Virus record (IMG/VR): IMGVR_UViG_3300031565_000011
Source of the DNA: an uncultured virus (IMG/VR IMGVR_UViG_3300031565_000011)
Lineage: Duplodnaviria > Heunggongvirae > Uroviricota > Caudoviricetes
Length of the DNA: 64,000 nt
Direction: 5' to 3' (one strand)
Shown here in pieces: positions 1 through 8,689 of the stretch (positions within the stretch are counted from its first letter, which is position 1; every line of letters begins with the position of its first letter). A program made the translations under genes and the position numbers. Under the pieces are notes generated by a model. The model was not told the DNA's origin, searched no databases, and saw only the letters and a program-made list of their open reading frames with translations.

Positions 1-199
1 CAAATGGAAGACCACGCCCACCCAATGACCGATCAAGCGAGTAGGAGCCGGTTGAAAGACAGGGACCAAGAGGGATAATTCCATCGCCAAGCCTTATCAG
101 GGAATTCTTCCCATATCTTTTCTCGATCCCCTTTATGGCCAACTTTATCCCTTTACCTTTACCACTTGAAGCCACCTTCTTCGTCTTCTTGTTCTTCAT
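1..199 (-). CDS. recA: RecA recombinase, N-terminal part (runs off the window start)
   Basis: Not in the ORF track. Manual translation gives MKNKKTKKVASSGKGKGIKLAIKGIEKRYGKNSLIRLGDGIIPLGPCLSTGSYSLDRSLGGRGLPF, matching the RecA N-terminal signature (IEK.FGK.S..RLG...STGS.SLD.LG.GGLP). A GGGAGG RBS lies upstream. The start codon is uncertain. Confidence 0.88.
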   Translation of the reverse strand, partial: MKNKKTKKVASSGKGKGIKLAIKGIEKRYGKNSLIRLGDGIIPLGPCLSTGSYSLDRSLGGRGLPF

Positions 200-959
200 C
201 CTCATCGTCCTCCCAGTCGCCCTTCTTTTTCTTTTTCTTGCCCCTACCTTTGGATTTCTTGCCCTTCTTTTTTCCCCTATCCTTTTTTACTTTTTCCTTT
301 TTTGCCTTTCCTTTTTTTTTACCTTTCTTTTTTTTCTTGGGCGATTCGTCTTCTTCTTCTTCGTCCTCTTCGTCTTCGTCTTCCCCGTCGTCGACATCTT
401 CATCCTCGTCTTCTTCGTCTTCGTCTTCGTCTTCCCCGTCGTCGTCATCTTCTTCTTCGTCTTCTTCGTCTTCGTCTTCGTCGTCATCTTCGACTTCTTC
501 GTCGTCTTCATCTTCTTCGTCGTCGTCATTCTTGGACTTCTTGAGCCTGAACACCTCTTCAACCCGGCTCTGTGGAGTCCCGTCATCGTTCACCTTTTCA
601 GTATGGGCAATCGAAATCCGAACTTTCTTGCCCAGGAGCGCCTTGGCAATATCGAACTTCCCATCCTTGAACTTGAGGTCTGGAATGAGTTTCTTGAGCC
701 ACTTGCCAAGTTTATTTTTCGGCCTTGCTTCAAGTGGAGTCCATGCCAAAATCGTGGCGTCCTTGTATTTCCCTTTTAGAATCTTGAACGTCCACTGAAT
801 CTGAGGACCGAACTTTCCCTCATCCGACTTCAACTCCACGATTTTAACGATGTAAATGTCCTCCTTAAAAGAAATTGAAATCGACTTCTTTGACATGGGA
901 ATCCGTAGTTTCTTCATGGCCGTTCTCCTCACTGAATCAATCCGAAGGTCCAAGTCCAT
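159..959 (-). CDS. Putative ssDNA-binding protein (DUF669/OB-fold-like) with a long acidic/lysine-block tail
   Basis: Beta-rich ~130-aa domain (Y.VKIVE..G.FGPQIQWTFKI..G.Y) followed by D/E and K tracts. It ends in an aromatic tip (EEGGFKW) and sits next to recA. Alternative start at 917 (GAGGAG RBS). Confidence 0.6.
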   Translation of the reverse strand: MDLDLRIDSVRRTAMKKLRIPMSKKSISISFKEDIYIVKIVELKSDEGKFGPQIQWTFKILKGKYKDATILAWTPLEARPKNKLGKWLKKLIPDLKFKDGKFDIAKALLGKKVRISIAHTEKVNDDGTPQSRVEEVFRLKKSKNDDDEEDEDDEEVEDDDEDEDEEDEEEDDDDGEDEDEDEEDEDEDVDDGEDEDEEDEEEEDESPKKKKKGKKKGKAKKEKVKKDRGKKKGKKSKGRGKKKKKKGDWEDDEDEEQEDEEGGFKW

Positions 960-966
960 ATATACA

Positions 967-1245
967 CTACTCCTTTTTCTCCTTCCTTATTTCTTTCTCT
1001 TTATCCCGATCCTTCGTTACTTGGCGTTGACATTCGGCCATAAGTTTCCTCTCAGTTTGGGATATCTTCTTTTTGTTTTCTACTGGATCATTCCCAAGTA
1101 CAACGAAGGTCTCCATGGCAGAATAAAATCGTTGAGTATGAAAACCCCGCCCCTGAAGGTTCTCTTGGTAAGCTCTTTTTACTATAACGACTCTGCCAAG
1201 GAATTTCCCAACGGCAGTCAGTATATGTTCACTTATCTTAGCCAT
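967..1245 (-). CDS. Hypothetical protein
   Basis: Tightly packed in the operon, with an upstream RBS-like sequence. Confidence 0.6.
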   Translation of the reverse strand: MAKISEHILTAVGKFLGRVVIVKRAYQENLQGRGFHTQRFYSAMETFVVLGNDPVENKKKISQTERKLMAECQRQVTKDRDKEKEIRKEKKE

Positions 1246-1257
1246 TCCACTTCCTCT

Positions 1258-2112
1258 CTATGTAATCTGTTTTAGTTTCAGAAAAGCGCTAATCAATTGT
1301 AATGATTTAATACAACCCAGACGGAAGCGAGCATCACAGTCAGCCAATATAAGGACAGCCTTTCTCGATTTTAGTTTGAAAGCTTGATCGACTAGTCTAT
1401 TTAGTATCCGTTCATTATCAATCGAATATACCAACGAAGCAAATTCCTCTATGCCGAGGCTGAAGAGATCGTCAAGTGATTCCTCATATCCTTCTACTTC
1501 ACCACCTGCAAATATCTCCAAGGTATTCAATAAACGCCTGGCGTCCCCCCCCGAATCCAAGACCATGACCTTTAACTGAGACTTTTTTATCTTTACCTTT
1601 TCATAGCTCGCCACTCGCTTCGCAAGATTGAAAAGATCCTGATTTGAAATTCGTTTAAATATGAATACCTTACAACGAGACTGAATAGCGCTCGTAATTT
1701 TCTCCTGATAATTACAAGAAAGAATAAACCTACAATTCTTATAATTAACTTCCATAATCCGACGAAGAGCATGTTGAGCATCCTTAGTAATCTCTGATGC
1801 CTCATCTAAAAAAACTATTTTGAATTTGTGAAAACTCTTAGTCCTGGCAAATTCCTGTATTCGTTTCCTTACGACCTCGATTCCCCTATCGCTGGAAGCA
1901 TTGAGTTCAAGAAATGAGTTAATATAGTTATCACCGAAGAGAGCCCGAGTAATGATGTATGCGAGTGATGTCTTTCCAGTTCCAGGATCACCAATAAATA
2001 ATAGATTAGGGATGGAACCCTTTTTTTCTATGTACTTAGATATCTGTTTTATAATATCCTGCTGACCAACCACATCATCAAAAGACTTCGGACGATATTT
2101 CTCAATAAACAT
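1258..2112 (-). CDS. Clamp loader ATPase subunit (RFC small subunit / T4 gp44-like AAA+)
   Basis: RFC boxes present: EKYRP, Walker A GDPGTGKT, LELNASSDRGI, Walker B LDEA, RFILSCNY and the SRC motif. Confidence 0.92.
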   Translation of the reverse strand: MFIEKYRPKSFDDVVGQQDIIKQISKYIEKKGSIPNLLFIGDPGTGKTSLAYIITRALFGDNYINSFLELNASSDRGIEVVRKRIQEFARTKSFHKFKIVFLDEASEITKDAQHALRRIMEVNYKNCRFILSCNYQEKITSAIQSRCKVFIFKRISNQDLFNLAKRVASYEKVKIKKSQLKVMVLDSGGDARRLLNTLEIFAGGEVEGYEESLDDLFSLGIEEFASLVYSIDNERILNRLVDQAFKLKSRKAVLILADCDARFRLGCIKSLQLISAFLKLKQIT

Positions 2113-2303
2113 TACTTCTTCCTTTTCTTCTTTGCCATGAATCGAAATCGCGAATGGTCGCCCCTTTGATTTATTTTTATATCATGAAATGAAAACATAG
2201 TTCGTTTAGCTAACCCCGCTCTAATGGCTCCATCAGTCCATCGTTTTAGGACACTGGTTTTAGAGTCAGCGAACCCAGCATGTCCTGCCAAGAATATTTT
2301 CAT
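2112..2303 (-). CDS. Small basic protein, MKI(F/Y)LA family copy A (putative N-terminal segment of a TGT/DpdA barrel)
   Basis: MKIFLAG...RAGLAKRTMFSFH. It overlaps the neighbouring genes' start/stop codons and is paralogous to 3545-3709 and 3706-3879. Confidence 0.7.
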   Translation of the reverse strand: MKIFLAGHAGFADSKTSVLKRWTDGAIRAGLAKRTMFSFHDIKINQRGDHSRFRFMAKKKRKK

Positions 2304-2995
2304 AGTCCAGTCTCATAGTCCGCGACGAATTCTTCCCATCCTTTTTCACGCTGAATACAGGCCGAACAATTTCCACAGCCATACCCCCAAGTATGTCCTG
2401 TTTTATGGTCACCGTTATAACAAGTATGGGTCTCCTCGATAATTCTTCCGAGTACTCCTAATTCCTGGGCAAGTAAAAAGATTTCAGCCTTGGAAAGAAA
2501 CATCAGTGGTGTTTCAAATCTAATGTCTTTAGCAGAACCAAGATTTGTAATTGTCTGGAGTCCTTTTATAAAATTATCTCGACAGTCGGGGAATCCTTGA
2601 AAGTCAGTTTGGCAAACTCCAATAATGACCGCCTTTGCCTCGACAAATTGAGCGTAGGCATGGGCTATCGTAAGGAAAAGTTGATTCCTATTCGGGACAA
2701 ATACTGAAGATATTCCCTCGTCTTCTTTATTAGAAATTGCTTCGTCGTCGTCATCAGCGACTAAAAGATTGTCCATAATTCCTGCCATGAAAGCCAAATC
2801 AATATATTTTAATCGTATATCATGTGTCTTACAGATCATCCGGGCATACCGTATTTCGATATCGTGTTTTTGCCCGTAGTTAAATCCAAGCGGATAAACT
2901 GGATGAAATCTTTTCATTGCCCAATATAGGCAGGTTGTTGAATCTTGTCCGCCCGAAAATAGGACAACTGCTGGCTCTACTTTATCGTTACTCAT
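2300..2995 (-). CDS. queC: 7-cyano-7-deazaguanine synthase
   Basis: SGGQDS PP-loop, YGQKH, VPNRN, PDCR, and zinc cysteines TCYNG...CGNCSAC. Confidence 0.95.
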   Translation of the reverse strand: MSNDKVEPAVVLFSGGQDSTTCLYWAMKRFHPVYPLGFNYGQKHDIEIRYARMICKTHDIRLKYIDLAFMAGIMDNLLVADDDDEAISNKEDEGISSVFVPNRNQLFLTIAHAYAQFVEAKAVIIGVCQTDFQGFPDCRDNFIKGLQTITNLGSAKDIRFETPLMFLSKAEIFLLAQELGVLGRIIEETHTCYNGDHKTGHTWGYGCGNCSACIQREKGWEEFVADYETGL

Positions 2996-3548
2996 TGTTC
3001 TCTACTCCTACCTTCTTGAACTTATATCTGTATCTTTGAAATGGGCTGTACTCTGGATTTATCAGGGCAAACATTTGCCATAGAATTTTAGGATTAACTA
3101 TCTCCGTATATCGGTCAATCTGTTGTAACCAATAAACATTTTCGTCATCATCAAAAGATATATTACTAATTATCCACTTCAAAAGTACCCGGGCGGATGG
3201 TTTCCATTTTAACAAATGAACATATACCTTATCTCTATCTTCTGAGGTCAAGATTAACTGTAAAGTATGGAATATATTGAAAGTAACATCCCTACTATAG
3301 TAATGGATTTTATCAAAGTATTTTATGAGGTCATTTATTCTATCGCTGTTCGATATCCGACAAATAATATCGTTTCCGCTCTTCTGTAAAATCTTTTTCA
3401 GTTTATCTTTGTTTAACCTTGAACCGTCAAGGTCGATCGTTAGTTTGTTTTCGCAAAGCGAGCCCGAACAAAAACGATTAACTGACAGGGTTTCTATCAG
3501 CGATCCACCCACCGGTGGAGCGGAATAACCTACATACAATACCTTCAT
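2988..3548 (-). CDS. Hypothetical protein (possibly a second, non-ATPase clamp-loader subunit)
   Basis: Coupled 186-aa ORF. The function is inferred only from size and context. Confidence 0.55.
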   Translation of the reverse strand: MKVLYVGYSAPPVGGSLIETLSVNRFCSGSLCENKLTIDLDGSRLNKDKLKKILQKSGNDIICRISNSDRINDLIKYFDKIHYYSRDVTFNIFHTLQLILTSEDRDKVYVHLLKWKPSARVLLKWIISNISFDDDENVYWLQQIDRYTEIVNPKILWQMFALINPEYSPFQRYRYKFKKVGVENNE

Positions 3549-3709
3549 TGTTCTTTCCTAATCTTACGCTGCTGCTTTTTGAAAAATGGACGGAAGTCTT
3601 TCTTGAATCGTTGGTCGTTATGGAAGGACGTCAATATATTTATATATCTCGAACGCTTCATGCATCCGGTTTGATCTTTAGTCGGCCATATAGCAAGGTA
3701 TATCTTCAT
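3545..3709 (-). CDS. Small basic protein, MKI(F/Y)LA family copy B
   Basis: Not in the ORF track (54 aa): MKIYLAIWPTKDQTGCMKRSRYINILTSFHNDQRFKKDFRPFFKKQQRKIRKEQ. ATGA overlaps at both ends. Confidence 0.7.
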   Translation of the reverse strand: MKIYLAIWPTKDQTGCMKRSRYINILTSFHNDQRFKKDFRPFFKKQQRKIRKEQ

Positions 3710-3879
3710 TTCCTTTTCCCCTTTATTGAAACCTTGAACCGTTTCCTTTCCAGCTTTTGGTTTTTCAAAGTGAAGTAACTAAACATTCGATTCATCCCAG
3801 CCCGCGAGATGAATCGTTCTTGCTTCTGTGCGTGTCCCTCAACGCATCCTGGGCTCGACGCTAAAAATATCTTTTTCAT
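3706..3879 (-). CDS. Small basic protein, MKI(F/Y)LA family copy C
   Basis: Not in the ORF track (57 aa): MKKIFLASSPGCVEGHAQKQERFISRAGMNRMFSYFTLKNQKLERKRFKVSIKGKRK. It starts 9 nt after the DpdA-like stop. Confidence 0.7.
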   Translation of the reverse strand: MKKIFLASSPGCVEGHAQKQERFISRAGMNRMFSYFTLKNQKLERKRFKVSIKGKRK

Positions 3880-3888
3880 ATCTTATCT

Positions 3889-4686
3889 CTACGCCAGTTT
3901 TTTATTAGACATGAAAGTACTTTTTTGCCCAGCGAGTTCTTGTTCAAGTTCGCGGAAATAGATTGCACAAACTTCGTCGCGATATTTATATGAACCCTTA
4001 CCTACACCAAGATTCCTGAAACGAAATCGCATTTCATCCCCAAAGTATTGCCCGCCAATTCTTTTCAGATAGTCAATCAACTTGATTCGGTTTTTAGGCG
4101 GCAACCTTTTATAGTAATGATGGACTCCAGGACGTCTGTCAGAAACAGCAATGATGGGTGAGTCAGCATCCAGACCGGCTCCGCCGAATAACCTTCTTGG
4201 TATCAGAATCCCACCATGCCTTGCTACCTGTATCCAGGTTGATGAGTCAACTGAAAACCAAGGAAACATCGTCATTAATCGAATACTAGTACAGCCGAAT
4301 CCATGAACTCGGATATTATCAAGCAATCCCTTTTTTTCAAGATAACTGAAACATTTCATCAACAAAAATATCTTTTCTTTCATCTTCATGGCGCCACTAA
4401 CCATTCCTCCGATCCCGATAAATTCAAACTCATTGCTAATTCTTTGGAACCAATAGTCGCTATAATCTTCCAAGTGGTATACTGGTATAGGATTCAATCC
4501 TTTTTTATTCATATACTTAGTATTCTTATAACTAGCGACCGGATCGCCGATCACATCAAGAGCAGCATAGTAGTCAATGACGTCCTGGTATTTTTTAATA
4601 AACCGGATGTATTCGTCTATCTCGATGACCGCTCCCTGCGAAAAGACTGAATATGCCCCAGAGTCTAAAAATATTGAATACTGCAT
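3889..4686 (-). CDS. dpdA: DpdA-like 7-deazaguanine DNA transglycosylase (TGT fold), starting directly at the LDSGA motif
   Basis: Motifs IFLDSGAYS, LDVIGD, IPVYH, IGIGG, VHGFG and SVDSSTW. It lies within the folE/queCDE cluster. Confidence 0.8.
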   Translation of the reverse strand: MQYSIFLDSGAYSVFSQGAVIEIDEYIRFIKKYQDVIDYYAALDVIGDPVASYKNTKYMNKKGLNPIPVYHLEDYSDYWFQRISNEFEFIGIGGMVSGAMKMKEKIFLLMKCFSYLEKKGLLDNIRVHGFGCTSIRLMTMFPWFSVDSSTWIQVARHGGILIPRRLFGGAGLDADSPIIAVSDRRPGVHHYYKRLPPKNRIKLIDYLKRIGGQYFGDEMRFRFRNLGVGKGSYKYRDEVCAIYFRELEQELAGQKSTFMSNKKLA

Positions 4687-5243
4687 TATAGACCTCCGGT
4701 GAAACAGAGTCGCTGAAATTCTTCTTTAACATGCTGGTCCATGAAGGCCCCACGTAAGGCGGAAGTCTTCATAAGCACTTCCTGTCTTTCAACCCCTCGA
4801 GCAGTCATACAGAAATGTTGAGCTACTATAACTACTCCACACCCTACCGGATTTAAATGTTCCGCCATGGCATTGGCAATCTCTCCAGTAAGTCGCTCTT
4901 GTATTTGTAAACGTCTTGAAAAGCAATCAACCAGTCTAACTAATTTAGAGGCGCCCACTACTTTTTCCTTTGGAATATAGGCGACGTGAGCCTTCCCGAA
5001 AAAGGGAAGCATGTGATGCTCGCAAGTGGAATAAAATTCAATATCGGTCATTAAAATCATCTGGTCATAGTTTCCTGTTTCTGAAAACGTGACGCCCAGG
5101 ATTTTCGCTGGGTCTTGGTTATAACCACCAAATAGTTTATCCCAACTTCTTACTACGCGTTCGGGAGTACTAATTAACCCCTCTCGGTTTGGGTCTTCGC
5201 CTATACGCAAAAGTAATTCCCGAACTATTTGTTGACTGGACAT
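4686..5243 (-). CDS. folE: GTP cyclohydrolase I
   Basis: GEDPNREGL..TP.RV, STCEHHMLPF, RRLQIQERLT and HFCMTARGV. Confidence 0.96.
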   Translation of the reverse strand: MSSQQIVRELLLRIGEDPNREGLISTPERVVRSWDKLFGGYNQDPAKILGVTFSETGNYDQMILMTDIEFYSTCEHHMLPFFGKAHVAYIPKEKVVGASKLVRLVDCFSRRLQIQERLTGEIANAMAEHLNPVGCGVVIVAQHFCMTARGVERQEVLMKTSALRGAFMDQHVKEEFQRLCFTGGL

Positions 5244-5244
5244 A

Positions 5245-5808
5245 TCATCTGACTCCTAACAATTTGTGAAGTTGAACGCTCAGTCGCCAATCACCGATAT
5301 TTTCTTTTACTGCCTTAATTGTCTCCTCAATATTCATCTGCCCGTCTCGTTCAATGGGTTGTAAAAATCTATACTGTACATCGAATGAATTAAAATATTT
5401 TACTAGGTCCTGACCATGATACAAAACCTTAAGTTCATTTCCCTTGAATAGTTTAGTTTCCCCCTTAGGCGAAATGGTTATCCAATGAAAAGGAATTTTC
5501 GTTAAAATTGTTCCATTGGTTTCGATTGCGACCCAATAAAAATGGTCCTGTAAAATATTAACTAAAAGATCTAATTCCTGCAGAAGTGGTTCACCGCCGG
5601 TGAGTATTACCCGTCTTTGTTTCGGATAGCTCTCTTGTAATAGTTTTAAGATTTCATTCTCATTAAAATGCTCATTGGTGGAATGATCCGTGTCGCAAAA
5701 CTCACAAGCCATATTGCAACCAGAAAATCTAATAAAAATAGCTGGCATTCCAGTATGTAGCCCCTCCCCTTGAATTGAAAAGAATATCTCTGTAATTTTA
5801 TAAATCAC
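5245..5808 (-). CDS. queE: 7-carboxy-7-deazaguanine synthase (radical SAM)
   Basis: EIFFSIQGEG, CNMACEFCDT, LTGGEP, IETNGT and RLSVQLHK. Confidence 0.95.
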   Translation of the reverse strand: MIYKITEIFFSIQGEGLHTGMPAIFIRFSGCNMACEFCDTDHSTNEHFNENEILKLLQESYPKQRRVILTGGEPLLQELDLLVNILQDHFYWVAIETNGTILTKIPFHWITISPKGETKLFKGNELKVLYHGQDLVKYFNSFDVQYRFLQPIERDGQMNIEETIKAVKENIGDWRLSVQLHKLLGVR

Positions 5809-6152
5809 TAATCTTCCCTTTCGAATATCGCCACACTCCCGTCATTCTCTTCGACCTCTAGCTTAACGCACTTAGGAATGGCATAGCATAAGAACTCGGC
5901 GATGTTTTCCGCGGTTGTCGGGACTTTATGTCCTACCTCGGCGAAAACATCGTTGATGTTATAGTGATCGAGCCTTTCGCAAAGTCTTTTTATTTCTGCG
6001 AAATCGACCACCATTCCCTGCTCGTCAAGTTCCTTTGACTGGCAGGTAGCAGTTATCCTCCAGTTATGGCCGTGAAGCCTCCTGCACTTCCCTGGGTATT
6101 CTGGAAGATAATGGGCAGAAGAAATCGTAAGCGTTTTCTTTACTGTGAACAT
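5808..6152 (-). CDS. queD: 6-carboxytetrahydropterin synthase
   Basis: SAHYL...KCRRLHGHNW, GMVVDF, LDH and TAENIA. Confidence 0.95.
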   Translation of the reverse strand: MFTVKKTLTISSAHYLPEYPGKCRRLHGHNWRITATCQSKELDEQGMVVDFAEIKRLCERLDHYNINDVFAEVGHKVPTTAENIAEFLCYAIPKCVKLEVEENDGSVAIFERED

Positions 6153-6162
6153 TCTTTTCTCC

Positions 6163-6363
6163 TTATAGGTCTAGTCTTTTCATGACTGTGGCGCTCGCTT
6201 CCTTCCAGGATAAGAATTTACTTATTACCGGGCCGTCCATTTCTAACAAATGGACTTCTCTTCCTTCCCATAGAAGTACCAAAGTCTTTCCAGTTTCGCA
6301 CTCGAAGCGAACCCCTTTTCCAATTCGCTGACAGAAGACCTTCCTTCCTTTAGACGTCACCAT
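6163..6363 (-). CDS. Hypothetical protein
   Basis: Short ORF filling the gap between the clamp and queD. Confidence 0.45.
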   Translation of the reverse strand: MVTSKGRKVFCQRIGKGVRFECETGKTLVLLWEGREVHLLEMDGPVISKFLSWKEASATVMKRLDL

Positions 6364-6424
6364 CTTCTTCTTCCTCAGCGGCCATCTCAGTTATAGCAGT
6401 TTATTTTCTCTCTGCTTAATTCCT

Positions 6425-7168
6425 TTATGTTTCCTCTCTGGTCATTATTAGGTACAGCGAGTTATATTTCGGACCGAAGCGGATCAACATAGGTGGGTCA
6501 GGCTCAACGAATATCTTAACTTCCCCGCTTACTGTACTAAATATCTCCTTTACCCCATGACCAAAACAAGCAATCATCGCCTTCCTTATATCCTGTTTTT
6601 CTGGAGTAACCTTAGTCACGAAAGTATTCCGCCCTTTCTTCACGCGAAGGCGAATTGATTTGTCACGATCGACCTCGATGTAGTAGATATGTTCATCCAA
6701 GATATCAGCATCGCCGACCAACGACGCCAACTCCTGCGAATCGAGAGTAAAACGGTTAGTTTTATATTTGAGTTTCAAGGTAGGGGTCTTGACGAAATCT
6801 TTCCCCACCGATATTGCCCCCGCCTTTGAATAACTGTCGATCGCCTTTTTATCCACCGCTTCGAAAGTCCCGATTTTATTTTTTCGCTTTACTCTTATCA
6901 ACTTCTTGTCAGTCGAGATCTCCACGGTCCCATCGAATCGAGAAAGAATCTTTAGAAACACGGCAATATTCCCGAGAACCAACTCGCCAGCCGAGATAAC
7001 CTTTGCTTCCTTGGCGATGTGAAAGTAAATAGACTTTGCGATATCGAGTCCTGTGGCGACTAGCCGGCCTTTTTCTACTGCGATTACGCAGTCAAAGACC
7101 AACCCGTTTAAGTGAACCTTAGATAGAAATTCCTGGAATTCTTTCGCGTCGATTCTAAACTTAGCCAT
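6425..7168 (-). CDS. Putative DNA sliding clamp (PCNA/gp45-like, two-domain size)
   Basis: 247 aa with an internally repeated beta-alpha-beta pattern (F.I.AKEFQEFL / FTLDSQELASLV). It ends in a PCNA-like P.LI......LYLIM.R and is linked to the RFC-like loader and the polymerase. Confidence 0.7.
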   Translation of the reverse strand: MAKFRIDAKEFQEFLSKVHLNGLVFDCVIAVEKGRLVATGLDIAKSIYFHIAKEAKVISAGELVLGNIAVFLKILSRFDGTVEISTDKKLIRVKRKNKIGTFEAVDKKAIDSYSKAGAISVGKDFVKTPTLKLKYKTNRFTLDSQELASLVGDADILDEHIYYIEVDRDKSIRLRVKKGRNTFVTKVTPEKQDIRKAMIACFGHGVKEIFSTVSGEVKIFVEPDPPMLIRFGPKYNSLYLIMTREET

Positions 7169-7682
7169 TGGTATGCCCCCATTCTGCAGACAAAGACTTC
7201 GCGGCCGTCTCTAGTGCGTCAAGTAATTTATTGATTCTGTGCATAGCGTTCGTGTAGATTTCCCTTCGCTCCATGGCGGCGGATTCAAGGTGGCGTTCTT
7301 TCCTAACCATTGAATCCGCTTTGGTTGATGCCATAGTATCCGTTATCTTATCGCCGCTTTCCGCAGCCTTTCTTTTTATTTCAACAAATATCTTTGAACG
7401 CTTCCCCTTTCTATTTCCCTCTGTTCTTAAAAAATCACCTTGAGCCTTTCCAGAATGAACTGCTAAGAATACGTTGAGGGCAGCGAGCTGTACGTGATCC
7501 CTATTAAGTTCGCTTCGTTTATACTTCGATACCATGTCAGCGATTCCAAGCCCGGTATATCTATTTACGATTTTCAGAATACCATGGAGGAATTCGTACT
7601 CGTCAGGCGAGTTCTGGAAAATGCTCCAGTCCACCTTAGTATTCGGCTTCTCGATTAGGCGAGACTTTTTCTTGTCCGACAT
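7161..7682 (-). CDS. Helical protein, possibly a UvsY-like recombination mediator
   Basis: Predominantly helical with a K.TD...... segment reminiscent of UvsY-like proteins. It lies in the same operon as recA. Confidence 0.4.
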   Translation of the reverse strand: MSDKKKSRLIEKPNTKVDWSIFQNSPDEYEFLHGILKIVNRYTGLGIADMVSKYKRSELNRDHVQLAALNVFLAVHSGKAQGDFLRTEGNRKGKRSKIFVEIKRKAAESGDKITDTMASTKADSMVRKERHLESAAMERREIYTNAMHRINKLLDALETAAKSLSAEWGHTNG

Positions 7683-8689
7683 TTCTCGTTCTCCACAAGG
7701 GAATCAATCTTCTTAGTAATGTCAATAATCTTATCCTTGCCCCCTTGACATAGGACTCGATTATTACCCATACTCCGCCCACTAACAAAAATAATACTAT
7801 AAGGTTTCAAAGTCGAAGCGTACCGCTTATCCGCTTCGGCATCTAAGAATATGGTGATACCGCCACGATGATCCTGGACCTTTAGGACCTTCGTTGACTT
7901 GCCTGACATTGGAGTATCTATTTCTATAATAACCCCAGCGACTCCAGCCCGCTCCCACCTATTAAAGTCGGCCAACTGAACTGATGTAATACAATACTGT
8001 TTCATTAAAAAATCTCTTACCTTATCCTCGAAAAAAGGATGTAGTAAAATAAACCCGAAAGCCTCGACTGCATCCTCTACGAAACTCTGCTCAAGATCAA
8101 AAACCTGTTCCTTACGCTGACTATTAAATAACCGTTTTATAGAGTGTCTATCTCCCAGCGCATCGAAGGCCCCTGACTGAATAAGCGATACTATTTTTCC
8201 CTTATGAATCTTTCCACTTATCCGGTCAAGGAAATCGGTAAAAGAAGAGAATGGTCGCTTGGATAGGATCTCCTCGGCGCTTGGCCCTTTTATTCCCTTT
8301 ATTTTGGAGAGCCCGAAACGAATTGCGTGACCTTTGTTTTCCAAGGTGAAGCCGGAGCCTGACTTATTGATGTCGGGAGGAATGACCCGTAACTGATATC
8401 GTCTTGCTTCATTAATATAGTTATATATCTTGTTGAGTTCAGACCCACGTTTCTTATCCTTCTTCACTCCAGTAGCAGTATTAGAAAGTAAACTGGCAAA
8501 GAACTGTCCAGGATAATAGTTCTTGAGATATAGAACCTGGAAAAATAAGAAAGCGTAACTGACAGCGTGGCTATTTGATACACAAATATCATTGGCGTAA
8601 TAATTATGGAAACCACTATCTATTTCTAAATCTAAAGTCTCTTCTTCTCCAATATATGATATATCTACAATTTCTTCAAACTTGTTCAT
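7655..8689 (-). CDS. dnaE: DNA polymerase III alpha C-terminal half, preceded by a 39-aa C-intein
   Basis: IntC (MNKFEEI...HNYYANDICVSN), then SHAVSYA..Q..YLK.YYP..F.ASLL, PPDINKS, IRFGLSKIKG HhH, and a C-terminal OB-like region. Confidence 0.93.
   Translation of the reverse strand: MNKFEEIVDISYIGEEETLDLEIDSGFHNYYANDICVSNSHAVSYAFLFFQVLYLKNYYPGQFFASLLSNTATGVKKDKKRGSELNKIYNYINEARRYQLRVIPPDINKSGSGFTLENKGHAIRFGLSKIKGIKGPSAEEILSKRPFSSFTDFLDRISGKIHKGKIVSLIQSGAFDALGDRHSIKRLFNSQRKEQVFDLEQSFVEDAVEAFGFILLHPFFEDKVRDFLMKQYCITSVQLADFNRWERAGVAGVIIEIDTPMSGKSTKVLKVQDHRGGITIFLDAEADKRYASTLKPYSIIFVSGRSMGNNRVLCQGGKDKIIDITKKIDSLVENEKCRTRKSLA
8573..8689 (-). mobile_element. Split intein C-fragment (IntC)
   Basis: Block F/G pattern ETLDLEIDSGFHNYYANDICVSN with terminal Asn; the +1 residue is Ser (codon 8570-8572). 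Confidence 0.9.

Noticed and set aside
135..798. Long plus-strand ORFs rich in Phe/Val/Ser (also 13998-14798, 46244-46810, 46820-48022, 36472-37191, 49598-50275)
   Set aside because: They are antisense shadows of low-complexity or codon-biased minus-strand genes, with no independent motifs.
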